A stretch of DNA of 64,000 nucleotides from Spirochaetota bacterium (lineage in GTDB: Bacteria; Spirochaetota; UBA4802; UBA5550), in the NCBI GenBank assembly GCA_963664815.2, contig CAXXHB010000003.1, positions 896,001 to 960,000 of the forward strand, written 5' to 3'. This document shows, in pieces, positions 41,757 through 51,466 of the stretch (position 1 is the stretch's first letter; each line of letters starts with the position of its first letter). Below the pieces are notes generated by a model. That model saw only the letters and a program-made list of their open reading frames with translations, did no database searches and had not been told where the DNA came from. A program made the position numbers and the translations under genes.

Positions 41757-42662
41757 ATGCATGCATCAAGTTCCCGCACGGTTGGTTTAATATGTCTGGT
41801 TGTTACTATACTGCTTTTCAGTACCTTTGAGATTGTATCGAAATTTCTCTCTCCGCACATGAATCCATTACAGATTACTTTTTCACGGTTTTTGATCGGG
41901 GGGATAGTTCTTCTGCCGTTTACGTTATACAGGATGAAAAGGGTTCGGCTTGTATTATCAAAAACCGATTTTTTATATATCGGTATGCTCGGTTTTATAA
42001 ATATTGTTGTAAGTATGGGTTTAATTCAGCTGGGGCTGGTATATACCAATGCGTCTGTATGTGCAGTTCTTTTCAGCGTTAACCCGCTGTTTGTTGTGCT
42101 GTTTGCCAGGCCGATGCTTGGTGAGCGGATCACTGTTAATAAATTCATCGGTCTATTGCTCGGATTATCCGGAGTAATAATTCTTTTCTTTGACAGTTTA
42201 AACAGGAAAACTTCCACGACCTTCGGGTTACTTCTCATTTCGGGTGCAGCTTTGTTTTTCGCGCTATATACAGTCATGGGTAAAAAAGTAATAAATAAAA
42301 GAAAGATAGACAGTCTGGTGGTTACAACCTTTTCATTTTTAATCGGCAGTGTATTTCTTGTACCGGTTCAGTTTTTTTTTAAAAGCCCGCTTTTCCCGGA
42401 TGTCAGCGCCGTCATTCCACAGCTTTTATACATGTCAATAGCGATTACCGGGATTGCTTATGTTTTATATTTTGAAGGATTGTCACGGCTTGAAGCCGGA
42501 GCAGGCTCAATGCTGTATTTTGCCAAGCCTGCAATCGCGTCAATACTCGCAATAATAATTCTGAAAGAAAGCCCCGGAATTAATCTCTTTATTGGAATTG
42601 TTGTAATTGCCGCCGGAATATTAATATCACAATTTGCAATCTTTTCAACAGAGAGAGATTGA
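41757..42662 (+). CDS. DMT/EamA family transporter
   Basis: About 10 TM segments in two EamA repeats (RFLIGG, NPLFV...LGERIT). Confidence 0.92.
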   Translation: MHASSSRTVGLICLVVTILLFSTFEIVSKFLSPHMNPLQITFSRFLIGGIVLLPFTLYRMKRVRLVLSKTDFLYIGMLGFINIVVSMGLIQLGLVYTNASVCAVLFSVNPLFVVLFARPMLGERITVNKFIGLLLGLSGVIILFFDSLNRKTSTTFGLLLISGAALFFALYTVMGKKVINKRKIDSLVVTTFSFLIGSVFLVPVQFFFKSPLFPDVSAVIPQLLYMSIAITGIAYVLYFEGLSRLEAGAGSMLYFAKPAIASILAIIILKESPGINLFIGIVVIAAGILISQFAIFSTERD

Positions 42663-42722
42663 AATAAGCGTTATAAATTCACCACAGCTATTATCATAGC
42701 AGCGGAAATGGGATGGTGAGAA

Positions 42723-43409
42723 ATGAGAAAATATGTGTTTTATTTTATGCTGCTATTCTCCATATTTACTGCAATTGTTATGGCAGAAATTACTTCTACC
42801 GTGGAAATTCCAGCCAGGGGTGCGGGTGATACACTGGCAATATTTTTATCGGGAGACGGCGGATGGAGAAAAATAGATCAGGATATCTCCTCTACGCTGG
42901 CTTCGCAGGGTATACATGTTATTGGATTTAATTCAATGAAGTATTTCTGGAAGAAAAGGACTCCGGAAGATACAGCAAATGGCATCGGTATGCTGATAAA
43001 TTCTTACATAAGTAAAACAGGGAGAAAAAAGGTTATCCTGATAGGTTATTCTTTCGGTGCGGATGTCATGCCGTTTATAATAAACAGGCTGCCTGAAAAA
43101 ACACGTTCAAAACTTGCCGGTGCAGTGCTGCTTGGTGTTGAACCTGATGCGGCATTTGAAATTACTGCTGATGAATGGCTGGGAAGGATAAGGGGCGACT
43201 ATGCAACACTCCCTGAAATTTTAAAAATCGATGATATGCCTCTTGTCTTTATTGAAGGTTCAAATGATAATAATTCAATGATTAAAAATCTTCACAGAAA
43301 AAATTTTGAGGTCATGATTATCAGCGGCGGGCACCATTTTGATGGAGATTATAAAAGGCTGGCTTGGATAATTATTAACTGGAATAAAAAAAACAGCAGA
43401 GCAAGATAA
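42723..43409 (+). CDS. AcvB/VirJ family alpha/beta hydrolase (lysyl-phosphatidylglycerol hydrolase-like)
   Basis: SGDGGW, KYFW..RTPE, LIGYSFGADV and GGHHFDGDY motifs; signal peptide. Confidence 0.88.
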   Translation: MRKYVFYFMLLFSIFTAIVMAEITSTVEIPARGAGDTLAIFLSGDGGWRKIDQDISSTLASQGIHVIGFNSMKYFWKKRTPEDTANGIGMLINSYISKTGRKKVILIGYSFGADVMPFIINRLPEKTRSKLAGAVLLGVEPDAAFEITADEWLGRIRGDYATLPEILKIDDMPLVFIEGSNDNNSMIKNLHRKNFEVMIISGGHHFDGDYKRLAWIIINWNKKNSRAR

Positions 43410-43538
43410 CTTTCGTAATAAAATATTTAATTAAGTGGAAATATTACCTGTCATATTTGTTGAAGTAAATATTTTTTAAATTGATGGAATAAAAACGAAG
43501 AGACCAGTTTTGTACTTAAACCTGATATATATATAAAT

Positions 43539-44642
43539 TCTGAACACGATTACAGGATTAAAAGATTATCGGGATTCCCTGCGAATAGAGGTATTGTACA
43601 CCAGCGTACTCCACGTTGTGCATCAACAGGTTTATTATCAATACCACGGCAGATTTATGACAAATATCACAACCTGTTTACAGAGTATTCAATTTCGCTT
43701 CAATTACGCCTCAAACACCTTACTTACAGCTATAAACGCGCGTTTTTCTCTGTCAGTAACGGTGTTGAAACGGTATTGAAACGATTTTTAACAGGGTCTT
43801 CATACTGCTTGAGTCCCGTTTCAACAGATGTACATTTATCTTTTACTGCATTAATATTGTTCTCCCCATCTGCTGATCTGCTGTTTTCTGAATAGTAACA
43901 GGTATATTCTGTTACATCACCGGAATCTGATACAACCGCAGCATCCCCTGTTATGCCGTTTCCCGATGGAGTTACAGGGGAACCGGGTGCAATCCCGCGA
44001 AGGTATTCAGACATAAAGAGATTGTACCCTGATTTTTTCTTCCTCTTTGCCCTTATTCTGTAGAGGTTCTTCTCCTCTTCCGGGAGTACCTGCCATGCCT
44101 TTACGCTGCCGCTGAAATTTCCCCTGCATTTTACCTGTGGTTCCGTTCGCGGATTCTTAGGAATTGTGCGCCTTTTAATGTAGATCTTTCCATAGCGTCT
44201 GTAAAGCACAAGGCCGTCCAGACCTCCATGCGCAGTTCTTAAATAGGGATGAAGCTTAACTTTTGCCATAGATTTACACTCCTTTATTGCTGTTATATTT
44301 TGTTATTATATTGAGATTTATGTCTCTTATAACCAGTGCGGAAAAACAAATGACATGGGGCAAGCAGATTTTTAAAAATTTTATATGTAAGAAAACCAGA
44401 TTTATCAAAGAGTGTATTCTGCTTTGACCCTTCATGGCGGGATTTAAGGGCTTATGGTACATGTAAATTTACCAGCTGATGTACCCGACAGACCGAAGTG
44501 TGCGGGGGCTGTGCAGATACGGCTGCTTAAGGTATACTTTATAGGCAGTGATGCAATGGCCGGGATTAACATTTAAAGAATGAGAATTCGCTGTCACAGA
44601 ATCATGCCAATCCTGTAATCATGAAAATCCTGGTTCAGACAA
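43539..44642. mobile_element. Putative small element bounded by imperfect inverted tctgaac-(n-gatt)x4 repeats
   Basis: Left 43539-43576 tctgaacacgattacaggattaaaagattatcgggatt; right 44600-44642 reverse complement ttgtctgaaccaggattttcatgattacaggattggcatgatt. Confidence 0.45.
43730..44269 (-). CDS. Basic hypothetical protein (DUF6266-like N-terminus; HMG-box-like helices)
   Basis: GLVLYRRYGKIY...PKNPRTEPQ...R..F...VKAWQVLPEEEKNLY...SGYNLFMSEY; RBS aggag upstream; low-complexity tail. Confidence 0.7.
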   Translation of the reverse strand: MAKVKLHPYLRTAHGGLDGLVLYRRYGKIYIKRRTIPKNPRTEPQVKCRGNFSGSVKAWQVLPEEEKNLYRIRAKRKKKSGYNLFMSEYLRGIAPGSPVTPSGNGITGDAAVVSDSGDVTEYTCYYSENSRSADGENNINAVKDKCTSVETGLKQYEDPVKNRFNTVSTPLLTEKNARL

Positions 44643-44782
44643 CAGCAGAGTGGAACGTCTTATTCCGAAAGTGCGCACTCCCCGAGTGACGGCGCAAAAT
44701 AACAGGTTCTTAAATTGTCAAAAGTACGCCGCTGTACCGAGGGGTGGCATGTAATACATAAAGATTTATCAGGCATGAGATA

Positions 44783-45088
44783 TCAATGTTCGATAAAAAC
44801 TATTATAAAACCCACAATGACCATTACCAGCATTCCGGTAAAAAAACATATATCAGCAATCCATTCCAGTTTTCTGTGATTATTATATCTTAGCGACATG
44901 TATGAAATAAATGCTGATATGATAAAAAGAAATGCATCTATACCGATTATTTCATCAGCTATTGAGGTTATATTGCTTTTTGTTATTACGAAAAGTGAAA
45001 TTACTGTAATGCATACTCCGATCATCGTTGTAGAACCTGTAAAAATGTGATTGGCGATATTTCTGTCAGTTTTCGTTTCTTTATCCAT
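44783..45088 (-). CDS. Small 3-TM membrane protein
   Basis: HIFTGSTTMIGVCITVI...ADEI...EWIADICF, a conserved-looking hydrophobic ORF. Confidence 0.7.
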   Translation of the reverse strand: MDKETKTDRNIANHIFTGSTTMIGVCITVISLFVITKSNITSIADEIIGIDAFLFIISAFISYMSLRYNNHRKLEWIADICFFTGMLVMVIVGFIIVFIEH

Positions 45089-45291
45089 ATTAACCCGGTT
45101 TATAATGCTTTTTATTCAACAGATATATGCGTGAGCCATTTACGGTTTTAGTTACACGTTTAATCCTGGTCAGTTGCCGTTTGTGGAATAAAACCTGTAT
45201 GAATAATCGTTGACTACTGTTCTTTAATATCATTTCACTGTTTAATAGCTCTTCTGACAGAATCCATTCGATCATATTAAGAGGATGCCCT

Positions 45292-46560
45292 GTGAAATAT
45301 ATCATTTCTGTTATAATAACCATTCTTTTTCCCTTTATCAGTGTGCATCTTTATGCGCACGATAATACCACGGAAAAAAATTATCCTTTTATATGGGGAA
45401 CATCACCAAACCTCGAATCGATATCAACAGATTTTATGAGTTTTAGCAACCTGACATTTGACATTATAACAGATTCAATCGATAATTCGTCATATGACAA
45501 TCCCGGTTACAGGCTTGCAAATTCCCTGTTTCAGCTTATTCTTGGCAACTCTCTCTGGGCAATGGCGCCGCACGAATGCGGCCATGTGTCAAGGGCACAT
45601 GAATACGGGGTAGATGCAGAGGTTTCATCTGTAATGCCCTTTGACGGATGGTATAGGTATACTACTCCTTTTTATTCGGTTTCTCCGGAAAAAAGAATGA
45701 TGATTTCCGCATCGGGGCCTGCGGTTAATACTTTGAGCCTTTACAGCGTATCAAAGCAGATGTATTCCGGAGAGAAGGTGCCGGCATATTACGGTATGTA
45801 TGAATTGATGCGGACTATCCCTATGATAAGCTATATGGTTAATTTTCGCAGCTATCTTAATAATCCCGATGACTATTTAAAAAATGTCAATTATAGTAAG
45901 CCTGGAGACTCATTTGCCTATGGTGTTTCACTCGCTGAAATATATGCCGGGAAGCGCGGGTACCTGGACTCATATACCGGAAGTAAGGACGATCTGCCGT
46001 ATTACCTGAACCAGACCATGGGGGGTTTTATGAAGGATCAGAGCAACCGAATGATGATAGCATATTCTCTTCAACTCCTTGATCCTGCAATACTTTCAGC
46101 TGTGTATGGCACAGTTTCCGGGTATATAATAAATGGCGATCCATATTTTAAGCCATGGATGATGCAGGTAGGCGATATACGGTTTATGCCGTCAATAAGG
46201 GCTGATATGGGGGAACTGGGGATAGAAAACTGTTTTGATATGTTTTTTCTGGTTAAAGATTTACCTCCGTTTTCTGTATATTACAGGTATGGCGGTAACG
46301 AGGATAACAGCCTGCATGGAGGAGGTTTTGAAATAAGGGACATTCCCGTTATTGCCGGACTCAAAATAAATCTGCAGGCCGATTACTGGAACAGTTACTT
46401 AAACAGATCGGGTTTTAATACAGCGGCTGCATTTGACATTGCAGCAGACAGAATAATAGATATTATACTGTCTGCAGGGTATAAAACAGAAGGTCTCGTT
46501 TCAGGAAGCAGTCTGGATAAAGGATTTTACGGACACGGCGGGATTGGGCTCACTTTTTGA
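45292..46560 (+). CDS. Exported/outer-membrane hypothetical protein with HExxH motif
   Basis: Signal peptide, PHECGH, SASGP, and a beta-strand-rich C-terminus ending in Phe. Confidence 0.7.
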   Translation: MKYIISVIITILFPFISVHLYAHDNTTEKNYPFIWGTSPNLESISTDFMSFSNLTFDIITDSIDNSSYDNPGYRLANSLFQLILGNSLWAMAPHECGHVSRAHEYGVDAEVSSVMPFDGWYRYTTPFYSVSPEKRMMISASGPAVNTLSLYSVSKQMYSGEKVPAYYGMYELMRTIPMISYMVNFRSYLNNPDDYLKNVNYSKPGDSFAYGVSLAEIYAGKRGYLDSYTGSKDDLPYYLNQTMGGFMKDQSNRMMIAYSLQLLDPAILSAVYGTVSGYIINGDPYFKPWMMQVGDIRFMPSIRADMGELGIENCFDMFFLVKDLPPFSVYYRYGGNEDNSLHGGGFEIRDIPVIAGLKINLQADYWNSYLNRSGFNTAAAFDIAADRIIDIILSAGYKTEGLVSGSSLDKGFYGHGGIGLTF

Positions 46561-46777
46561 AGAGCTCCGGAAATAATATTTATCCATGGAGGCCATCCGC
46601 TCAGCGGCAGTGAGTATGCAGGAAAATTAAAAAAATCCCCGGACTTCCGGCATTGTCTCCTTGCATATTTTCATGATGGAGTGTTGTGAAATCTTATTTT
46701 TTTATTTGCAATTCCAGGGTGATTATAGTTTTTCTGACTGTAAAACACTTTCATTGTCATTATATAAACCTGTAATT

Positions 46778-47962
46778 ATGAAAACTTCGCGAAACATTAT
46801 GCTGCTATACATTTTCAGTCTGTTCAAGAACCTGCTGTTCTTCGGGGCTGTTGTTGTACCGTTTTATCTGCACAGGATAGGTCTTGACTATACCCGTATG
46901 TTTACACTTGAAGCAATATTCTCAATAGCCATGATATTGTTTGAAATACCCACGGGAGTCGTTGCCGACAGGTGGGGAAGGAGAATATCCCTTTTCTGGG
47001 GGGCTCTCTTTTTTGGAGCCGGGTTTTTCATATTCGGAATTACCTTCTCATATCCGGTACTTGTTGCCGCAGAGATTATATGTGCGTTCGGTATGACTAT
47101 GATAAGCGGGGCCGACAGGGCAATACTCTACGACCTGCTTAAGGAGAGGGGAGAGGAGGGGGATGCCCCGGCAGTAATGTCGCACTATGATGCATTTGGT
47201 ACCGCAGGGATGCTTATGGCCTTCCCTGCGGGATCCCTTGCCGCAGGGAGCGGTATACTCCCATATACAACAGCACTGGGACTGGTGTTTATTGCATCAG
47301 CGATTTCGTGTGCTGTGGCAGGTTTTATAATTCTTGCAGTACATGAGCCGGCAAGGATTAAAACAGAAACGGGCGCTCTGAGACAGGGGATTGAGGGTCT
47401 CCTGCAGATATGGAGGATTCCCCGCCTCCGCCTTTTCAGCCTGAATTTCGCGTTTATCTCTTCTCTTACATTTTTCATGTTCTGGTTTTATCAGCCGCTT
47501 CTCATGAATAACCTGTTCCCCATTTCACTGCAGGGATTTGTTGCCGCGGGATTTAATTTTTCCGCAATGGTTCTGCTTCTGCTTGCAACACCTGCACTGC
47601 GGGTTATGGGGGTCCGGAATACCCTCTTTCTGTCATCGGTTATACCCGGTGTTCTTTATATTCTCGCCTGTTTTGTCCCGGGCATTGCAATGGCCTTTAT
47701 TGCAATTTTCGGGATAACAAACCTGAAGCTTTTTCGCGCACCGCTGCTGGGTGCACTTATGAACGAAGATATAAACAGCTCCAACAGAGCCACTGTACTT
47801 TCCGGCGTATCAATGATCGAACGCGTATCTACAACAATACTCTACCCTGTTTCAGGCCTTCTTGCGGATAAATCGCTGAATATGACATTTGCTGTTATAG
47901 GGGGAATTACGATATTGATGGCTTTTCTTCTCCGTATTGAAGAGGAGCATATAAAATCGTAA
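46778..47962 (+). CDS. MFS transporter
   Basis: EIPTGVVADRWGRR motif A, SGADRAILYD and NRATVLS; 12 TM; start moved to ATG 46778. Confidence 0.92.
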   Translation: MKTSRNIMLLYIFSLFKNLLFFGAVVVPFYLHRIGLDYTRMFTLEAIFSIAMILFEIPTGVVADRWGRRISLFWGALFFGAGFFIFGITFSYPVLVAAEIICAFGMTMISGADRAILYDLLKERGEEGDAPAVMSHYDAFGTAGMLMAFPAGSLAAGSGILPYTTALGLVFIASAISCAVAGFIILAVHEPARIKTETGALRQGIEGLLQIWRIPRLRLFSLNFAFISSLTFFMFWFYQPLLMNNLFPISLQGFVAAGFNFSAMVLLLLATPALRVMGVRNTLFLSSVIPGVLYILACFVPGIAMAFIAIFGITNLKLFRAPLLGALMNEDINSSNRATVLSGVSMIERVSTTILYPVSGLLADKSLNMTFAVIGGITILMAFLLRIEEEHIKS

Positions 47963-48132
47963 AAACTGACTGAACAGGGCATCGCTGGTTAACCGGGCTG
48001 AAAGATCAATTCGAAAGGTACTTGCGCTTGATCATTTCCCGGGAAATTTATAGAGCATTTCTACAACTCCACTTTATCGGCATACAATTAAACAATATTT
48101 AATCTATTTTTCCCATTTTTTCTATTTATTTG

Positions 48133-48180
48133 TTGACATTTACCTCTAATTTGGTAAAAAGTGGGGAAATGTGGTGAATT
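48133..48180 (+). promoter_or_regulatory. dcw promoter with MraZ-binding direct repeats
   Basis: ttgaca at 48133; ttggtaaaaa/gtggggaaat/gtggtgaatt repeats with 10-bp period. Confidence 0.7.
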
Positions 48181-48223
48181 TATTTAAATTATACCACTTT
48201 CCAGGGTTATCAGGTAAAATCAT

Positions 48224-48661
48224 ATGTTTATGGGTGAATATTCACCGGCACTCGATGAAAAGGGGAGAGTCGCAATCCCTGTTAAATTGAGAAAAGCCTT
48301 CGGAGAGGAAGCTTCTGTGGAGAAGCTGGTGGTTACTCATGGTTTTGATAAATGTCTCATGGCATTCCGGGAAGAGGAATGGAAGGATTTTGTTGAAACA
48401 AAGCTTATGCCTCTCTCACAGTCCGATCCTAAGAACAGGATGAGTGTAAGGTTTCTTATCGGCGGGGCAAGTGAATGTGAGCTTGATAAACAGGGAAGAA
48501 TGGTAATCCCTTCGTATCTTCTTAAGTATGCTGAAATTGAGAGTGATCTTGTTATACTGGGTTTAAGCAATAAAATTGAAATATGGTCAAAAGAGGTTTA
48601 TGAAAAATACATGCCGGAAGGGAGCGCTCTTGAATCCTTCGCGAATGACCTGGGATTTTAA
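48224..48661 (+). CDS. mraZ: Division/cell wall cluster repressor MraZ
   Basis: MFMGEY..LDEKGR and ELDKQGR...KIEIW motifs. Confidence 0.96.
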   Translation: MFMGEYSPALDEKGRVAIPVKLRKAFGEEASVEKLVVTHGFDKCLMAFREEEWKDFVETKLMPLSQSDPKNRMSVRFLIGGASECELDKQGRMVIPSYLLKYAEIESDLVILGLSNKIEIWSKEVYEKYMPEGSALESFANDLGF

Positions 48662-48676
48662 CGGTTGTATTGACTG

Positions 48677-49660
48677 ATGGGACATAATCACAAGCCAGAT
48701 GAATTTTTTAACCCGGCATATGTGCATAAACCTGTTTTATGGCGGGAAATTGCTGATTTTATAAAAGATTCTTTGAAAAAGGGTGAGGGTCATCTGGCAG
48801 ACTGCACATTGGGCGAGGGGGGGCATTCAGAACTTTTTCTTAATATGTTTCCCGGGTTGAGTGTTACAGGATTTGAAAGGGACAGAGAAATTTTAGAAAA
48901 AGCGAAGGAAAGACTTGCCTGTTTCGGTGATAGAATTTCTTTTGTTAACAGCAATTTTTCAGGAATTGCGGAACACTTTGAGGGGAAAGAAAAACCCGAT
49001 TATATACTCTATGATTTTGGAATTTCTTCTTATCATTTTGATAAAAGCGGCAGAGGATTTACCTTTTCCGCGGATGAGCCCCTTGATATGAGTCTTGACG
49101 GTGATGGTATTACGGCATGGCATGTTGTAAACAGGTACCCTCAGAAGGAGCTTGAAAGAGTTTTTAAAGAGTATGGAGAGGAGAACTGGGCTGCTCATAT
49201 AGCGAAGATTATAGTGGAAAGAAGGGCAAAAGAGCCGGTGGATACAACAACGCAGCTTGCTGATATAGTTCTGGCTGCTATACCAAAACATTTTCACGTG
49301 AAAAACATACACCCTGCAACCAGAGTTTTTCAGGGTATAAGAATAGAGGTTAACAGGGAGCTTCAATCTATTGAAGATGGTCTTAAGGGGGGATTTAAAA
49401 TCCTCGGGAACGACGGGGTTATGATGGCAATATCTTTCCATTCTCTTGAAGACAGGATTGTTAAGAATTTTTTCAGAAGAATGAAGGATGGATGTCTCTG
49501 CACACAGGAGCCTCAGCACTGCATGTGCAGTAATAAACCGTTTATGAAACTCCTTGCAAAAAAACCTCTTGAGGCAGAAGCGGATGAGGTTGTCTGGAAC
49601 AACAGATCAAGAAGCGCGAAACTTCGTGCGGCAGTAAAACTGAGAGATATAACCGGATGA
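48677..49660 (+). CDS. rsmH: 16S rRNA m4C1402 methyltransferase
   Basis: HKPVL, DCTLGEGGHS, DFGISS, HPATRVFQGIRIEVNREL, ISFHSLEDR and SRSAKLR motifs. Confidence 0.96.
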   Translation: MGHNHKPDEFFNPAYVHKPVLWREIADFIKDSLKKGEGHLADCTLGEGGHSELFLNMFPGLSVTGFERDREILEKAKERLACFGDRISFVNSNFSGIAEHFEGKEKPDYILYDFGISSYHFDKSGRGFTFSADEPLDMSLDGDGITAWHVVNRYPQKELERVFKEYGEENWAAHIAKIIVERRAKEPVDTTTQLADIVLAAIPKHFHVKNIHPATRVFQGIRIEVNRELQSIEDGLKGGFKILGNDGVMMAISFHSLEDRIVKNFFRRMKDGCLCTQEPQHCMCSNKPFMKLLAKKPLEAEADEVVWNNRSRSAKLRAAVKLRDITG

Positions 49661-49944
49661 AATATTTTTCAATTGTATTTATGATAAGCGTTTATGTTGT
49701 TTTCTATGTATGGCAGAATATAGAGATGATGAAAATGAAGATGGATTATAAAAAACTGATCAAAACAGAGAAAGAGATAACTATTATAAATGATAAACTG
49801 AAATTTGACTTTGAGAGACTCAGAAGTTTTCGTGCTATCGAAGCCAATGCGGAAAAAAATAATCTCAGGCAGATCAGCCCGTCGGATCTTATTGTATTAA
49901 ATGTTAACGAAAGCGTCAAAAATGTGAAAGAAGAAAAAAAATAG
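49657..49944 (+). CDS. ftsL: Cell division protein FtsL-like
   Basis: Position after rsmH; single TM plus coiled coil. Confidence 0.6.
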   Translation: MKYFSIVFMISVYVVFYVWQNIEMMKMKMDYKKLIKTEKEITIINDKLKFDFERLRSFRAIEANAEKNNLRQISPSDLIVLNVNESVKNVKEEKK

Positions 49945-49945
49945 A

Positions 49946-51466
49946 ATGAAAATAAGCAATATAATAAATAATTCAGGGATGCTGGTTAAACCGGCGGAAA
50001 AATTTAATGATTCTGATATTACTTCAATAGAATATGATTCAAGAAAGGTGACTGGAAGCGCTCTTTTTGTAGCCGTTGAGGGATTTGAGAGCGACGGCCA
50101 TAAATTTGTCGGGAGCGCTGTAAATAATGGATGCAGATGCATTCTTGTTAATGAGTCGAGATATGCAGAATTCTCCATTCTTGCTGACAGGGGTGTTGTA
50201 ATACTGGTTTCAGAAAACACACGGCGCGCCCTCTCTGTCGTGTCTTCCGTTTTCTTCGGCAGGCCTTCGGAAAAGCTTCATGTTACCGGCATTACCGGGA
50301 CAAACGGTAAAACGTCCATTACATATCTCATGGAATCGGTATATGCTTCACAGGGGATATCATGCGGTATTATCGGCACTGTCAATTACAGGTGGAAGGG
50401 GAAAACTCTCCCCGCGCCGAATACCACGCCGGAATCGAAGGATATCCAGGAGCTGCTTAAAATGATGCTTGATGACGGGGTGACGCACGTTGTTATCGAG
50501 GTTTCATCACATGCCCTTGAACTTAACAGGGCAGATGATATCGAATTTGACAGTGTTGTGTTTACCAATCTTACCGGCGACCACCTTGATTTCCACAAAA
50601 CCCTTGATGCCTACTTTAACGCGAAGAAAAAAATTTTCGATCTCCTGGAAAAAAGCCTTAAGAAAAACAAAACGGCAATAGTAAACATTGATGATGATTA
50701 CGGCCGGAAAATATATAATGATAAAAACAGATACTCATTTAATATGAAATCGTACGGAACTTCAGACGGCGCTGATCTCAGGGCAGCTGAAAACTCAATT
50801 GAAAACAGAATTACAGGTATCAGTTACAACCTGACCTGTGATAGTGCAGAATATAAAGTATTGCTCAGACTCGCCGGAAAATTCCAGGTTTACAATTCAC
50901 TCGGGGCATTCGGATCGGCATTTTATTCAGGTATAAAGGCTGAGGCTGTGATTAACGGTATGTGTATGCTCGCATCAGTTCCGGGAAGACTTCAGGTCGT
51001 GGAATCGAAGCTCGGTTTTTACACAGTTGTCGATTACGCGCACACCGGAGATGCCCTTCTTAAGCTACTCCAGTCGGTTAACGAAATGCCGCATGGTAAA
51101 GTCATAGCGGTTTTCGGATGCGGCGGAGACAGGGACAGAACAAAGAGACCGGTAATGGGGAGAATCGCATTTGATAATTCAGATGTGGCAATTGTAACAA
51201 GTGACAATCCCCGTACCGAGGATCCTGAACTTATAATCAGGGATATAATCGACGGTATGGGTACTGGCGACTATGTTGTCGAACCTGACAGGGAGAGTGC
51301 AATAGCTCTTGCCGTGAAAAAAGCTGCTGATGGTGATATAGTGGTGCTTGCCGGTAAAGGGCATGAAGATTACCAGATTATAGGAAAGACTAAACGTCAT
51401 TTTGACGACAGGGAGATGGCGCTGAAATATATGACAGAGAGAGAAAGGGTTGAAGGGAACATTTAA
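49946..51466 (+). CDS. murE: UDP-MurNAc-tripeptide synthetase (meso-DAP type)
   Basis: GITGTNGKTS, EVSSHAL, DHLDFH, DYAHT, GCGGDRD, SDNPR and GKGHEDYQ motifs. Confidence 0.96.
   Translation: MKISNIINNSGMLVKPAEKFNDSDITSIEYDSRKVTGSALFVAVEGFESDGHKFVGSAVNNGCRCILVNESRYAEFSILADRGVVILVSENTRRALSVVSSVFFGRPSEKLHVTGITGTNGKTSITYLMESVYASQGISCGIIGTVNYRWKGKTLPAPNTTPESKDIQELLKMMLDDGVTHVVIEVSSHALELNRADDIEFDSVVFTNLTGDHLDFHKTLDAYFNAKKKIFDLLEKSLKKNKTAIVNIDDDYGRKIYNDKNRYSFNMKSYGTSDGADLRAAENSIENRITGISYNLTCDSAEYKVLLRLAGKFQVYNSLGAFGSAFYSGIKAEAVINGMCMLASVPGRLQVVESKLGFYTVVDYAHTGDALLKLLQSVNEMPHGKVIAVFGCGGDRDRTKRPVMGRIAFDNSDVAIVTSDNPRTEDPELIIRDIIDGMGTGDYVVEPDRESAIALAVKKAADGDIVVLAGKGHEDYQIIGKTKRHFDDREMALKYMTERERVEGNI

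Noticed and set aside
44676-44746. Weak inverted repeat cactccccgagtgacggcg...cgccgctgtaccgaggggtg
   Set aside because: Too degenerate to call a REP element or terminator with confidence
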